64,000 nt of DNA from an uncultured Actinomycetes bacterium (GCA_963712635.1 CAVQIS010000005.1:44251-108250); one strand, 5' to 3'. Shown: positions 12,719 to 21,870, numbered from the stretch's first letter. Numbers and translations: made by a program. The notes: generated by a model from the sequence alone, not told the origin.

Positions 12719-14107
12719 GCACGGAAGTGGCGCCGGCGCAGATCGACCGGGAGCGCGTCAAGGAGTTGACCGCGCGCGAGAGCACGCGGCTCGACGAGGC
12801 GACGCAGGGCTCGAAGCGCATGTTCGAGCGGGCGCGCAGCGTGCTCACCGGCGGCGTCCCCTCCTCGTATCAGGTGCGCGAGCCCTGGCCGATCTACCTC
12901 GAGCGGGGCGAAGGCGCATCGGTGTGGGACGTCGACGGCCGTCGCCTCTGGGACTTCCACAACGGGTTCGGCTCGATGCCGCAAGGGCACGCGCACCCGG
13001 CGATCACGGAGGCGGTCGAGAAGCGCATCCGGCTCGGCACGCACTTCGCCGCGCCCACCGAGGACGGGATCGTCGTCGCGGAGGAGCTCGCGCGGCGCTT
13101 CGGCCTGCCCAGGTGGCGCTACAACAACTCCGGCTCCGAGGCGACGATGGACGCGATCCGCATCGCGCGCGCCCTGACCGGCCGCGACACGATCCTCAAG
13201 ATCTTCGGCTCGTATCACGGGCACCACGACGGAGTGATGGTCGCCGTGGGCGACGTGGACGTCGAGGTCGACCCGGACGACATCCCGTCGACGACCTACG
13301 GCGGAGGCGTCCCGCAGGCCGTCGCCGACCTGACCAAGGCGGTGCCCTTCAACGACGCTGCCGCGCTCGAGCGCGCGCATCGAGAGCCTCGACGGCGAAG
13401 GGCGCAAGCCCGCCTGCCTGATCATGGAGGCGGTCATGATGAACATCGGCGTCGTGATGCCCGAGGAGGGCTATCTCGAGGCCGTGCGCGACATCACCAA
13501 GCGCCACGGAGTCGTGCTGATCTTCGACGAGGTCAAGACCGGGCTCGCGATCGCTGCCGGCGGCGCCACCGAGCGGTTCGGGGTTCAGCCGGACCTGGTG
13601 ACGCTGGCGAAGACGCTCGGCGGCGGGCTTCCCTCGGGCGCGATCGGCGGGACCGAGGAGGCCATGTCCGTCGTCGAGGACGGCTCCGTGTACCAGGTCG
13701 GGACGTTCAACGGCAATCCGCTGACGATGGCCGCGGCCCGCGCGAGCCTGTTCGACGTGCTGACGCCGGCGGCCTACGAGCATCTCGACCGGATCAACGA
13801 CAAGCTGCTCGCGGGCTGTCAGGACGTGATCGACCGCTTCGGCTTCCCCGGCTACACCGCGGGCATCGGCAGCAAGGGCTGCGTCATGTTCTCCTCCGAG
13901 AAGGTCACGGACTTCGCGACCTTCAAGCGCAACACCGACGAGGAGCTCACGGACCTGGCCTGGCTGTACAGCCTGAACCGCGGGATCTTCATGACGCCCG
14001 GCCGCGAGGAGGAGTGGACGCTCTCGATCGCGCACACGGACGAGGCGGCGGACGCCTACATCGCGGTCTTCCAGGAGCTCGTCCAGGATCTCGCCGGCTC
14101 GGATTAG
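12715..14107 (+). CDS. class III PLP aminotransferase (glutamate-1-semialdehyde aminomutase-like), second copy; one frame break near 13385
   Basis: ATGA overlap with the permease. ORF 12139..14334 part: DVDGRRLWDFHNGFGSMPQGHAHPAI...NNSGSEATMDAIRIARALTGR...FGSYHGHHD. It continues in ORF 13424..14107 (LIFDEVKTGLAIAAGGA...DLVTLAKTLGGGLP, PLP Lys). Length = 1 mod 3. Confidence 0.85.
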
Positions 14108-14144
14108 CGTCACCGTCTCGCCCGGCGCCGCCCGTACGGAGCTC

Positions 14145-14372
14145 GTGGGACGGCACGGCGACGGCTGGAAGGCGCGGGTCGCGGCTCCGCCGGAGCGCGG
14201 ACGGGCGAACCAGGCGCTCGTCGAGCTGCTCGCGGCGGCGCTCGACGTGGCGCCCAGCTCGGTGCGGGTCGTCGCCGGTCAGCGCGGCCGCGCGAAGGTC
14301 GTGGAGATCGACGCGCTCGACCGCGCGGAGGTAGTACGCCGCCTGGAGCGAAAAGTACGATCGTCACCGTGA
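14145..14372 (+). CDS. DUF167 (YggU-like) family protein
   Basis: ORF 14145..14372 contains KARVAAPPERGRANQALVELLAAALDV...VRVVAGQRGRAKVVEI, the DUF167 core. Family-like residues (VTVSPGAARTELVG) continue upstream to 14109 without an in-frame start, so the 5' end is unresolved. Confidence 0.6.
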   Translation: MGRHGDGWKARVAAPPERGRANQALVELLAAALDVAPSSVRVVAGQRGRAKVVEIDALDRAEVVRRLERKVRSSP

Positions 14373-14986
14373 AACGACTGCTGGCACTGCCCTTGCTCGC
14401 GCTCGCCCTCGCCGGGTGCGGCAGCGACTCGGGCAACGACGAGGCGGCCTCCACGAACCCGTCCTCGCCGCCGACGACGAACCCGTCCTCGCCGCCGTCG
14501 ATGCAGACGATCCCGGAGTGCATGGCCGCGTCCGACGCAAGTCTCGACGCGAAGACGAGCCCGGCGATCGAGAACCGCGAGACGATGTACCTGACGGACG
14601 TGAGCTCCGCGGCCGAGGACTGCTCCGACAAGGTCGTCTTCGACTTCCAGAAGCAGGAGCCCGGGCCCGGCTTCCAGGTCTCGTACCAGCCGGCGAGCAC
14701 GGCCAAGGTCGAGGACGGATCGGGCAACGCGGTCGAGATCGAGGGGAACGCATTCCTCGTCGTCAAGCTGACTCCGGCGATGACCGCGACGATCGACGGC
14801 GACCAGGTGACCAAGACCTATACGGGCCCGAAGCGCATCCAGGGCCAGGGCTCCGACGTGCGCGAGGTCGTCAAGACGGGCGACTTCGAGTCCGTGGTCA
14901 CGTGGGTGATCGGGCTGGACGAGAAGCGGCCGTTCACGACGAACGCCTCCGAGTCGCAGCTCATCGTCGAGATCGACGGCTCGTAG
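14369..14986 (+). CDS. lipoprotein of unknown function
   Basis: Intact ORF with a GTGA overlap to DUF167. Signal peptide plus lipobox MKRLLALPLLALALAGC, a Pro/Ser/Thr linker with the duplicated TNPSSPP, then a beta-rich domain (VVFDFQKQEPGPGFQVSY...GNAFLVVKL). Confidence 0.65.
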   Translation: MKRLLALPLLALALAGCGSDSGNDEAASTNPSSPPTTNPSSPPSMQTIPECMAASDASLDAKTSPAIENRETMYLTDVSSAAEDCSDKVVFDFQKQEPGPGFQVSYQPASTAKVEDGSGNAVEIEGNAFLVVKLTPAMTATIDGDQVTKTYTGPKRIQGQGSDVREVVKTGDFESVVTWVIGLDEKRPFTTNASESQLIVEIDGS

Positions 14987-14988
14987 CG

Positions 14989-15612
14989 ATGCCCGAGGTT
15001 CGCGACGTCGCGCCGGGCCTCTGGATCTGGCGCCTCGAGCATCCGGCGTGGAGCGAGGAGCTCGACTGGGAGCCGTTCGTCACCTCGACGGTCGTCGAGT
15101 CGGGCGGCGAGGTCGCGCTGATCGACCCGCTCGCGCCCCCGGAGGACGCGAGCGAGATCTGGGAGCGGCTCGACGCGAAGCCGCCGACGATGGTCGTGAT
15201 CCTCAAGCCGGACCACGTTCGGGACGTCGACCTCTTCGCGGGCCGCTACGACGTGAAGGCGTTCGGCCCGCACCTGTTCTGGGGCGGCGACGCGCCGGAA
15301 ACGGAGCTCGAGGGCCTCGACCCGGAGCGCGAGCTTCCTGGTGGGCTCGTCACGCTCTACGACGGCCGCGGTCGCAACGAGACGCCGCTCTGGCTGCCCG
15401 AGCAGAAGGCGCTCGTCTTCGCGGACGCGTTGACCGCGCCCGGCGGCGAGCTCCGCGTCTGGAACACGCCGTGGCACGAGAAGCGCGTCCTGCCCGCGCT
15501 CCGCGAGCTGCTCGAGCTCCCGTTCGAGCACGTGATCGTCTCGCACGGCGAGCCGGTTCACGACCGCGCGGCCTTCGAGCAAGCGCTCGAGCGGGAGCCC
15601 TGGTCATCCTGA
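14989..15612 (+). CDS. hypothetical protein, possibly degenerate metallo-beta-lactamase fold
   Basis: ATG 14989 within ORF 14416..15612. The pattern WRLEHPAW...VVESGGEVALIDP...VVILKPDHVRDVD...LWLPEQKALVFADAL...HVIVSHGEPV resembles MBL-fold proteins, but no clean HxHxDH motif is visible. Confidence 0.4.
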   Translation: MPEVRDVAPGLWIWRLEHPAWSEELDWEPFVTSTVVESGGEVALIDPLAPPEDASEIWERLDAKPPTMVVILKPDHVRDVDLFAGRYDVKAFGPHLFWGGDAPETELEGLDPERELPGGLVTLYDGRGRNETPLWLPEQKALVFADALTAPGGELRVWNTPWHEKRVLPALRELLELPFEHVIVSHGEPVHDRAAFEQALEREPWSS

Positions 15613-15648
15613 TGTTTCGAGCGCCTGCGACCGGGTAATATCCCCGCG

Positions 15649-16736
15649 ATGCCGAGACGAACGATTCTGCTCGTCGTTGCGCTGGTGGTCGCCCTGGGGC
15701 TTACCGGAGCGGCGCTCTCCAAGGGCAAGCCGGGCAAGCCCCGCACAAGCCGAAAGGCCCCGCGCATCACACCTATGCCTGGCACGACGTAGCAAGCGGC
15801 TCGACCGCCAGCCTTCGCGGGATCTCGGCTGTGAGCGCCAACGTGGTCTGGGCGAGTGGCAGCGTCGGCACTGTCCTGCGCACGTTGGACCGCGGAGCCA
15901 CCTGGCAGTCCGTCGGCCCGCCGGGCACCGATGCGCTCCAGTTCCGAGACATCGAGGCGTTCGGCCCGAACAAGGCACTCATCCTCTCGATCGGCAACGG
16001 AACCGATTCGCGGATCTACCGCACGACGGACGGTGGGCAGACGTGGACGCTCGTCTTCGAGAACACCGACCCCAACGCGTTCTACGACTGCATGACCTTC
16101 TTCAACAAGAAGGTCGGGCTCGCCCTCTCCGACCCGCCGGACGGCTTGAAGTTCCGGATCATCAAGACGACGGACGGCGGACAGACCTGGAACGTCGTCG
16201 ATCCGGCCGGGATGCCTGACGCGCTCGCGGGCGAGTTCGCCTTCGCCGCCAGCGGCCAGTGCATCACGAGCAACCACGGTCGGCGCGCCTGGTTCGGCAG
16301 CGGCGGGTCCGCGCAGGCCCGCGTCTTCACCTCGCGCAACCGAGGCCGGACCTGGACCGTGAGCGCGACGCCGCTGAACAGTGGGCCGAGCGCGGGGATC
16401 AACGCGCTCGCCTTCCGCAGCCAGCAGCACGGTCTCGCAGTCGGCGGCGACTTCGCCGTGCCGGACAACTCGCCGAACAACTTCGCTGCGACCCGCAACG
16501 GCGGCGGCTCGTGGAACTTGCTCACCGGCGCACCGCCGGAGTACCGGTCGGGCGCGGCCTGGGTCAACGGCAACACGGCGATCGCCGTCGGGCTCACCGG
16601 GAGCGACGTGACCAGGAACAAGGGCCGTACGTGGACCGGCTTCGACGACGGAAGCCTCCATACGATCGACTGCGCGAACCCGAACGCCTGCTGGGCTTCG
16701 GGCGCCAACGGCCGCGTCGCGTACCTCACGCGCTAG
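15649..16736 (+). CDS. secreted BNR/Asp-box beta-propeller protein (Ycf48/sialidase-like fold); frame broken near 15750
   Basis: The signal peptide MPRRTILLVVALVVALGLTGAAL is in one frame and the body is in ORF 15831..16736. Six Asp-box-like SxDxGxTW motifs are present: LDRGATW, TTDGGQTW (twice), SRNRGRTW, TRNGGGSW, TRNKGRTW. Length = 2 mod 3. Confidence 0.7.
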
Positions 16737-17133
16737 CTAGACGAGCGCTACAGCTTCGATCTCGACCAGCTGGCCCTCGTAGCCGAGCGCCGCGACTCCG
16801 AGCAAGCGTGCTCGGCGGCTTAGCCGGAGCGAATCCCTCCTCGACCACCGACCAGACCCGGACGAGCTGCGCCCGGTCGGCTGACGAGACGTACACGGTC
16901 GACTTGAGGACACGGTCGAGCCCCGAGCCCGCCTCCTCGAGCGCGGCCTTCAGGTTCTGGACCGCGACGCGCGCCTGTCCGTCGTAATCCCCGAGCGCGA
17001 CGACGTCGCCGGCCTCGTTCAGCGGACAGGCTCCCGCCGCGAAGACGAGCCGCGCGCCCTCCGGCGCGACGGCCGCGTACTCGTACGGCGCCCCTCCGAA
17101 CAGCGTCGGCGGACTGACGAATTCGGGCGGCAC
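16737..17133 (-). CDS. RidA/YjgF family reactive-intermediate deaminase; one frame break near 16810
   Basis: ORF 16726..17133 gives GAPYEYAAVAPEGARLVFAAGACPLNEAGDVV...QARVAVQNLKAALEEAGSGLDRVLKSTVYV. After a frame change the C-terminus reads LLGVAALGYEGQLVEIEAVALV, with stop at 16737-16739. Confidence 0.65.
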
Positions 17134-17167
17134 ACGAGGAACCTAGCCGCTGCGTAGGATCTTCGCG

Positions 17168-17837
17168 ATGGCTACACGAGAGGCCGCCTGCCTTTGTGGG
17201 CAACTTCGCCTGGAGGTCGACGGTGACCCGTGGATGGTGTCCATCTGCCACTGCCTCTCCTGCCAGCGCCGGACCGGAAGCGCGTTCGGGATGCAGGCGG
17301 CGTTCAGACCCGACCAGGTGCGGATCGTCGGCAACTTCAACGACTACTCCCGGATCTCCGACGAGGCGGACAAGAAGGAGCACGTCCTTCATTTCTGCCC
17401 GGCCTGCGGCTCGCAGGTCTTCTACACCGAGCCCACCGAGCCGGACCTGATCGTCATTTCCGTCGGCTCGTTCGCGGACCCATCGTTTCCGCCGCCGACC
17501 GAGTCCGGCTACGACTGGCGACGGCATCCCTGGGTTGCGCTGCCCGACACGATCGAACGCTTCGACCTGTTTGGGGCCCTACGCCTTCTGTACGAGGCGG
17601 GAGAGCACGCGGAGGCCGCGGACCGAGCACAGGAGCTCGTCCGAGGCGAATCCCGACGACGCGAGGCTGCTGTACAACGTCGCGTGCTGCGAAAGCCTCG
17701 CCGGGCGCACCGACGATGCGCTCGAGCATTTGCGTCGCGCGATCGAGGTCGACGAGCAGATGCGCGAGCTGGCAACCGGCGATTCCGACTTCGACCCGAT
17801 CCGCGCCGAGCCGGGGTTCCGAGCGCTGGTCGGTTAG
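17168..17837 (+). CDS. GFA (CENP-V/glutathione-dependent formaldehyde-activating) family domain followed by a TPR-like C-terminal region; one frame break near 17650
   Basis: ORF 17168..18400 N-terminus: CLCGQLRLEV...CHCLSCQRRTGSAF...FCPACGSQVF (Zn-Cys motifs). LRLLYEAGEHAEAADRAQELV then continues in ORF 17535..17837 (NPDDARLLYNVACCESLAGRTDDALEHLRRAIEVD...DFDPIRAEPGFRALVG). Confidence 0.65.
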
Positions 17838-18232
17838 CCGCGCTCGATGAGCTCGATCCGGTACTCGTCCGGATCGCGCACGAAGCAAAGGCGCGAGCCG
17901 CCCTCGCGAACCGTGTACGGCGGGCGCTCCGGCTCGATCCCTTGCGCGGCCAGGCGCTCGAGTGTCGAGTCGAGATCGTCGACGGTGACCGCGATGTGGC
18001 CGTAGCCGGTGCCGATCTCGTACGAGTCGACGCCGTGGTTGTACGTCAGCTCCAGCCGGTCGGCGTCGCCGGGCAGGCCCATGAAGACGTTGGTCGCCTC
18101 GTCGCGAATCGGCATCCGACCGCGCTCCTCGAAGCCGAGCGCCTCGTAGAAGGCGACCGAGCGGTCGATATCCGTGATCCGGTAGCAGGTGTGGATCAGC
18201 TCCACACGTCGGATCTTGTCAGGATTTGCCAT
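17834..18232 (-). CDS. gloA: lactoylglutathione lyase (glyoxalase I)
   Basis: Within ORF 17834..18397, from MANPDKIRRVELIHTCYRITDIDRSVAFYEALGF. It closely parallels E. coli GloA (LELTYNHGVDSYEIGTGYGHIAVTVDD...CFVRDPDEYRIELIE). Confidence 0.85.
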   Translation of the reverse strand: MANPDKIRRVELIHTCYRITDIDRSVAFYEALGFEERGRMPIRDEATNVFMGLPGDADRLELTYNHGVDSYEIGTGYGHIAVTVDDLDSTLERLAAQGIEPERPPYTVREGGSRLCFVRDPDEYRIELIERG

Positions 18233-18644
18233 GGCCTCGCGAAGCAATCTGCGCGGCGTCGTCGAGCCCGGCCGCGGCCTCGGTTCGGAGCTGATGCGCG
18301 AGGAGCCGGTGATGGAGCGCCTGAGCGAGTTGGCCGGCCTTCCGCTTGTGCCCGGAACGCTCAACGTGCGGCTGCCGCATCCGGTCGACCGGGGCAATGA
18401 GTGGCAGTACGTCGCAGCCTCGGACGTGGCTCCCGATTGGGAGTCCAGAACCGGGCAATCCGGCTACTTCATCGCCGCGGTCACGATCGCGGGGCGCTAC
18501 CGCGGCCTTGCCTTCCAAGCCGTCGAGCCCGAGGGCCTCGGCTACCCACCGGACCAGATCGAGCTCTTCAGCGACGTCCACCTCCGCACCGAGTTGGCGC
18601 TCGACGACGGCGACACGATCGAAGTCGCGATCGCTCGTAGCTAG
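18231..18644 (+). CDS. DUF120 domain protein (archaeal CTP-dependent riboflavin kinase-like fold)
   Basis: Within ORF 18189..18644, from MASRSNLRGVVEPGRGLGSELM...LPLVPGTLNVRLP...IAGRYRGLAFQ...IELFSDVHLRTELALDDGDTIEV. GTLNV and the C-terminal LR..L.L.DGD pattern are typical of PF01982. Confidence 0.55.
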   Translation: MASRSNLRGVVEPGRGLGSELMREEPVMERLSELAGLPLVPGTLNVRLPHPVDRGNEWQYVAASDVAPDWESRTGQSGYFIAAVTIAGRYRGLAFQAVEPEGLGYPPDQIELFSDVHLRTELALDDGDTIEVAIARS

Positions 18645-18649
18645 GGCGA

Positions 18650-18685
18650 TCGAGGCCCCACGGCGTGTTGCCCGCGAGGCCTCGA
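18650..18685. terminator. hairpin between convergent genes (possible bidirectional terminator)
   Basis: TCGAGGCC (18650-18657) pairs with GGCCTCGA (18678-18685). It lies between the DUF120 stop (18644) and the haloperoxidase-like stop (18697). The loop is long (20 nt) and there is no clear U-tract. Confidence 0.3.
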
Positions 18686-18696
18686 ACCGCTTCTGC

Positions 18697-19954
18697 TCAG
18701 TGCGCCTCGCCGAAGTTGTGCTGGAGGACGAAGCGCGTCGTCCTCTTGGCGAGGTCGTCGCCGTCCTCCATCGACTTGCGGAAGTGAAGGCCGCCGTAGA
18801 TGCGCGCCCCCGTGACCTCGGCCCGGATCTGCCTGAGCCGGTCGAAGGAGTGCGTCGTCCCTGTGACCGTGCTCGTCATCGCCCACGGCACACGGTCGGT
18901 TCCGAAGTAATCCGTCAGTGCCCGCGTCACCGCCGACGTGAAGCACGCGTGACCGGACGGGTACTCCGGATGGTTGCCCAGGAAGAGATGCGTCCAGGTC
19001 GGATCCTGAGCCGTGTCGGGGTTACCGTCGGTGTCGGCCCGCTGAATCGCGGTCTGCGGCCGCCAGAAGAGGTAGTGGAACTTCGCCTCCCAGCAACCGA
19101 CGAGTGAATCCGCCGCGGAGACGTGAACCATGGCCAGCATGCGCGCGGTCTCGAGCGTGTCGAGCCCGTGCTCGACCGCGAGGTTCCGGAGGTTGCGGTT
19201 GTAGAAGACCATTGCCTGCTCCGTCCAGAAGCGTGCGATCTCCGTCTGCTCCGGCGTCCGCTCGCTGCTGTCGACGCGACCGAGGGCCTTGGTCTCGTTG
19301 AAGTCCCTCGTGTAGGCGTGGCTCGTCAGCGAGTTCGGCCCGTCCGGCCGGAACCGCGCCGAATCGTCGAAGGAGAGCGGGCGAACCTGCTTGAGCTTGA
19401 TGTCGACCGGAGTGCTGTCGAAGGGAATCGGCTCGAACACGCCGGGGCCGGGCGGCGGCTGCACCCACGGCACGACGTTGTCGAAGCCGTCGTCGCTCCT
19501 AAGTGCGATGTACGCGCCGGCCACGGCACGACCCAGCCGGATTCCGTTCGTCTTGCGCGTCCCGTCCGGAATCCCCGCGATGAAGCTCGCGTAGGCGGTC
19601 TCGACGTTCGAGGCCTGTCCAGGCACGCGCACCACGAGCACTCCACGTGCAGCCGCGGCAACGGCGGCGTCGACCGACGTCGGACCGTTGCGCCGGATCG
19701 AGACCGCGAACGGCTCGTACTCGCCCTCGACCGACACGACCGTGTCGTAGATCGCCGCGTGAACGAGCCCGTTCAGGACCTCGGAGCTCGCCGGCGGCCG
19801 GCCGACCGAGATCGTGCTCTCCGCGACCTGGCTCCAGTACAGGACTGCGTTCGGATCGGTGGTCGTGGCGCGCCTGCACGCGATCGCGGCTCCCCGAGGC
19901 CGCCGTTGCGGAAACGAGGACTAACGCGAACAGGACGAAGAACGTGCGTTTCAT
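18697..19954 (-). CDS. secreted PAP2-superfamily / vanadium-haloperoxidase-like protein; one frame break near 19890
   Basis: GGAGG ribosome-binding site then ATG 19954. The signal peptide MKRTFFVLFALVLVSATAASG is in ORF 19499..20170 and the body is in ORF 18697..19737. Acid-phosphatase/haloperoxidase motifs: KFHYLFWRP (Kx6RP), PEYPSGHA (PSGH), GARIYGGLHFR. Length = 1 mod 3. Confidence 0.75.
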
Positions 19955-20014
19955 GGAAATCCCTCCTCTGTTTTGACGGAGAGCCCAGGATCCGCCGCGA
20001 CCCGAATTGAGTCC

Positions 20015-20032
20015 ATACGACATTTGTCGTAT
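20015..20032. promoter_or_regulatory. perfect 18-bp palindrome in a divergent intergenic region (candidate operator)
   Basis: ATACGACA-TT-TGTCGTAT at 20015-20032. It sits in the comparatively AT-rich gap between the haloperoxidase-like gene (start 19954, minus) and the LuxR gene (GGGAGG ribosome-binding site at 20036-20041). Confidence 0.45.
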
Positions 20033-20045
20033 TTTGGGAGGCACC

Positions 20046-21040
20046 TTGACGAGGCTCGCTACCTCGGATCTACGCGCTGTTCTCGAGTTCCTCGGCGACG
20101 CGACCTCGGTCGACGGGCCTGACCCGTTCCCGCAACCCCTGCTCGTTGCGCTGGGCCGGCTGGTCCCCAACGACGCGATGCGCTACTGCGAGCTCGACCG
20201 CGTCCGAAGAACAACCATCCGCTTGAGTGAGCTTCCTGCGAAGTCGAAGGCCCGGAGGAGCCGACCTACTGGGACATCCGGAAAGACCATCCTGTGTGCC
20301 ACCAGCACGAGACGACGGGTGACTTCAGCGCCGCGAAGATCTCCGATTTCCTGACCACGTCCGAGCTTCGCCGCACGGACATCTACTGGGACTGGTTTCG
20401 GCCTTGGGCCATCGAGCACGAGCTGACCGTCGGTCTCGACGCTCCGCTCAACCACACGAAGGTCTTCCTCTTCGACCGCGCAGGCGGTCGCGACTTCACC
20501 GAGCGTGACCGCGCGGTGCTCGACTTCCTGCGGCCGCATCTCGCGAATCTCTGGGAGGCCGCTCAGGCCCGCCGCCGCGCAGCCCAGGCCCTCGAGCTGC
20601 TCGACGAGGCGGACGCGGGGCTCGTCATCCTCGACGGCGCCGGCCGGATCGAGCATGCCACGCCGAAGGCGCTGCGGCTCCTGGCCGCCTACTTCCGGGA
20701 CTACCGATCCGGCCTGCCGGAAGAGATCGCCGCCTGGATGCTCGAGGAGCGGCAGGCTCCGAGCCCCGAGCCGTTCCGAATCGAGGGCGACGAGCTGTCC
20801 CTCCTCGTCCATCTTGTCGGCGGGGCGCTCCTGCTCGAGGAGGAGCGGGACCCGCCTCCGCTGACCGAGCGCGAACGTGAGATCCTCGACCTGGTCGCAG
20901 CCGGGAAGACGAACGCCGAGATCGCCGAGACGATCTGGATCGCGCCGGGAACCGTCCGCAAGCATCTCGAGAACATCTACGAGAAGCTCGGCGTCCATAG
21001 TCGGACCGCCGCGATCGCGGCGCTCACTGACGTGAGGTAG
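20046..21040 (+). CDS. LuxR/GerE-family transcriptional regulator with an uncharacterised N-terminal domain; frame broken near 20240
   Basis: TTG 20046 follows GGGAGG (alternative start 20007). N-terminus in ORF 20007..20354, remainder in ORF 20294..21040. The C-terminal HTH is LTEREREILDLVAAGKTNAEIAETIWIAPGTVRKHLENIYEKLGV. Length = 2 mod 3. Confidence 0.75.
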
Positions 21041-21056
21041 CGCGAAGCGCGAAAAA

Positions 21057-21866
21057 GTGCTCCAGCTTCGGCCCTGCGCGGCCGATAAGTGGTCGGTGCT
21101 TCACTCGAACTATTCCTGGCAGCCAGTCGGCGAGCTCCTGGTTACGAAGGGCCTCTTGACGAGCGCCGAGCTCGACGCTGCGCTCGCCGAGCAGAAGCGA
21201 ACCGGACGCCTGGTCGGCGAGATCCTCGTCGAGTCGGGCGTGCTGTCGGCCTTCTCGCTCGCGCAGGCCTTGACCGAGCAGCACGGCGTCGAGCTCCAGA
21301 CGGGCTCGAGCGCCGAGCTGGGAGGCACCGGGGCCACGAGCCCGACGGTGTGGCGCCCGCTCGGCCGGCTTCTCGTCGAGGACGGCTACCTGACCAAGCT
21401 CGAGCTCGCGCACGCGCTCGAGCTGCAGGGTGAGAGCGAGGGCCGCCGGCTGCTGGGCGAGATCCTCGTCGCAGAGGGCTACATCTCCGGAATCGCCCTT
21501 GCACGGGCGCTCGCTCTGCAGAACGGGATCAGGCTCGACGACGACGATCTCCCGGTCGAGACCGTGGTCAAGCGGGCCGAGCCCGGCGAGGTCGTCTTCC
21601 AGGTGTTCGAGGTCTCGTACGCACCGCGCTACAAGCCTCACGAGGTCGTCTACGAAAGCCCGAGCTTCATGGAGGCGGTCGACTTCGCCGCGGAGTTCAT
21701 CGAGGATGCGAGCCCGGACGGCATCGAGATCCAGCGCTCGCAGGGCGCTACGCAGGAGACGGTGTGGACGTACAGCAACAGCCGTGCCGCCGCGAAGGCC
21801 CTCTCGCGCAAGGACCTCGCCGAGACGTTCGGCTTCGACCCCACGTTGTGGGGCCAGTCCGGCTAA
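21057..21866 (+). CDS. protein with two tandem MshEN (T2SSE_N-type, c-di-GMP-binding) modules and an unknown C-terminal domain
   Basis: Intact ORF (269 aa). Four copies of the 24-residue motif (LGxxLVxxGxLxxxxLxxALxxQ): VGELLVTKGLLTSAELDAALAEQ, LVGEILVESGVLSAFSLAQALTEQ, LGRLLVEDGYLTKLELAHALELQ, LLGEILVAEGYISGIALARALALQ. The last ~95 aa match nothing I recognise. Confidence 0.7.
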   Translation: MLQLRPCAADKWSVLHSNYSWQPVGELLVTKGLLTSAELDAALAEQKRTGRLVGEILVESGVLSAFSLAQALTEQHGVELQTGSSAELGGTGATSPTVWRPLGRLLVEDGYLTKLELAHALELQGESEGRRLLGEILVAEGYISGIALARALALQNGIRLDDDDLPVETVVKRAEPGEVVFQVFEVSYAPRYKPHEVVYESPSFMEAVDFAAEFIEDASPDGIEIQRSQGATQETVWTYSNSRAAAKALSRKDLAETFGFDPTLWGQSG

Positions 21867-21870
21867 CGGG

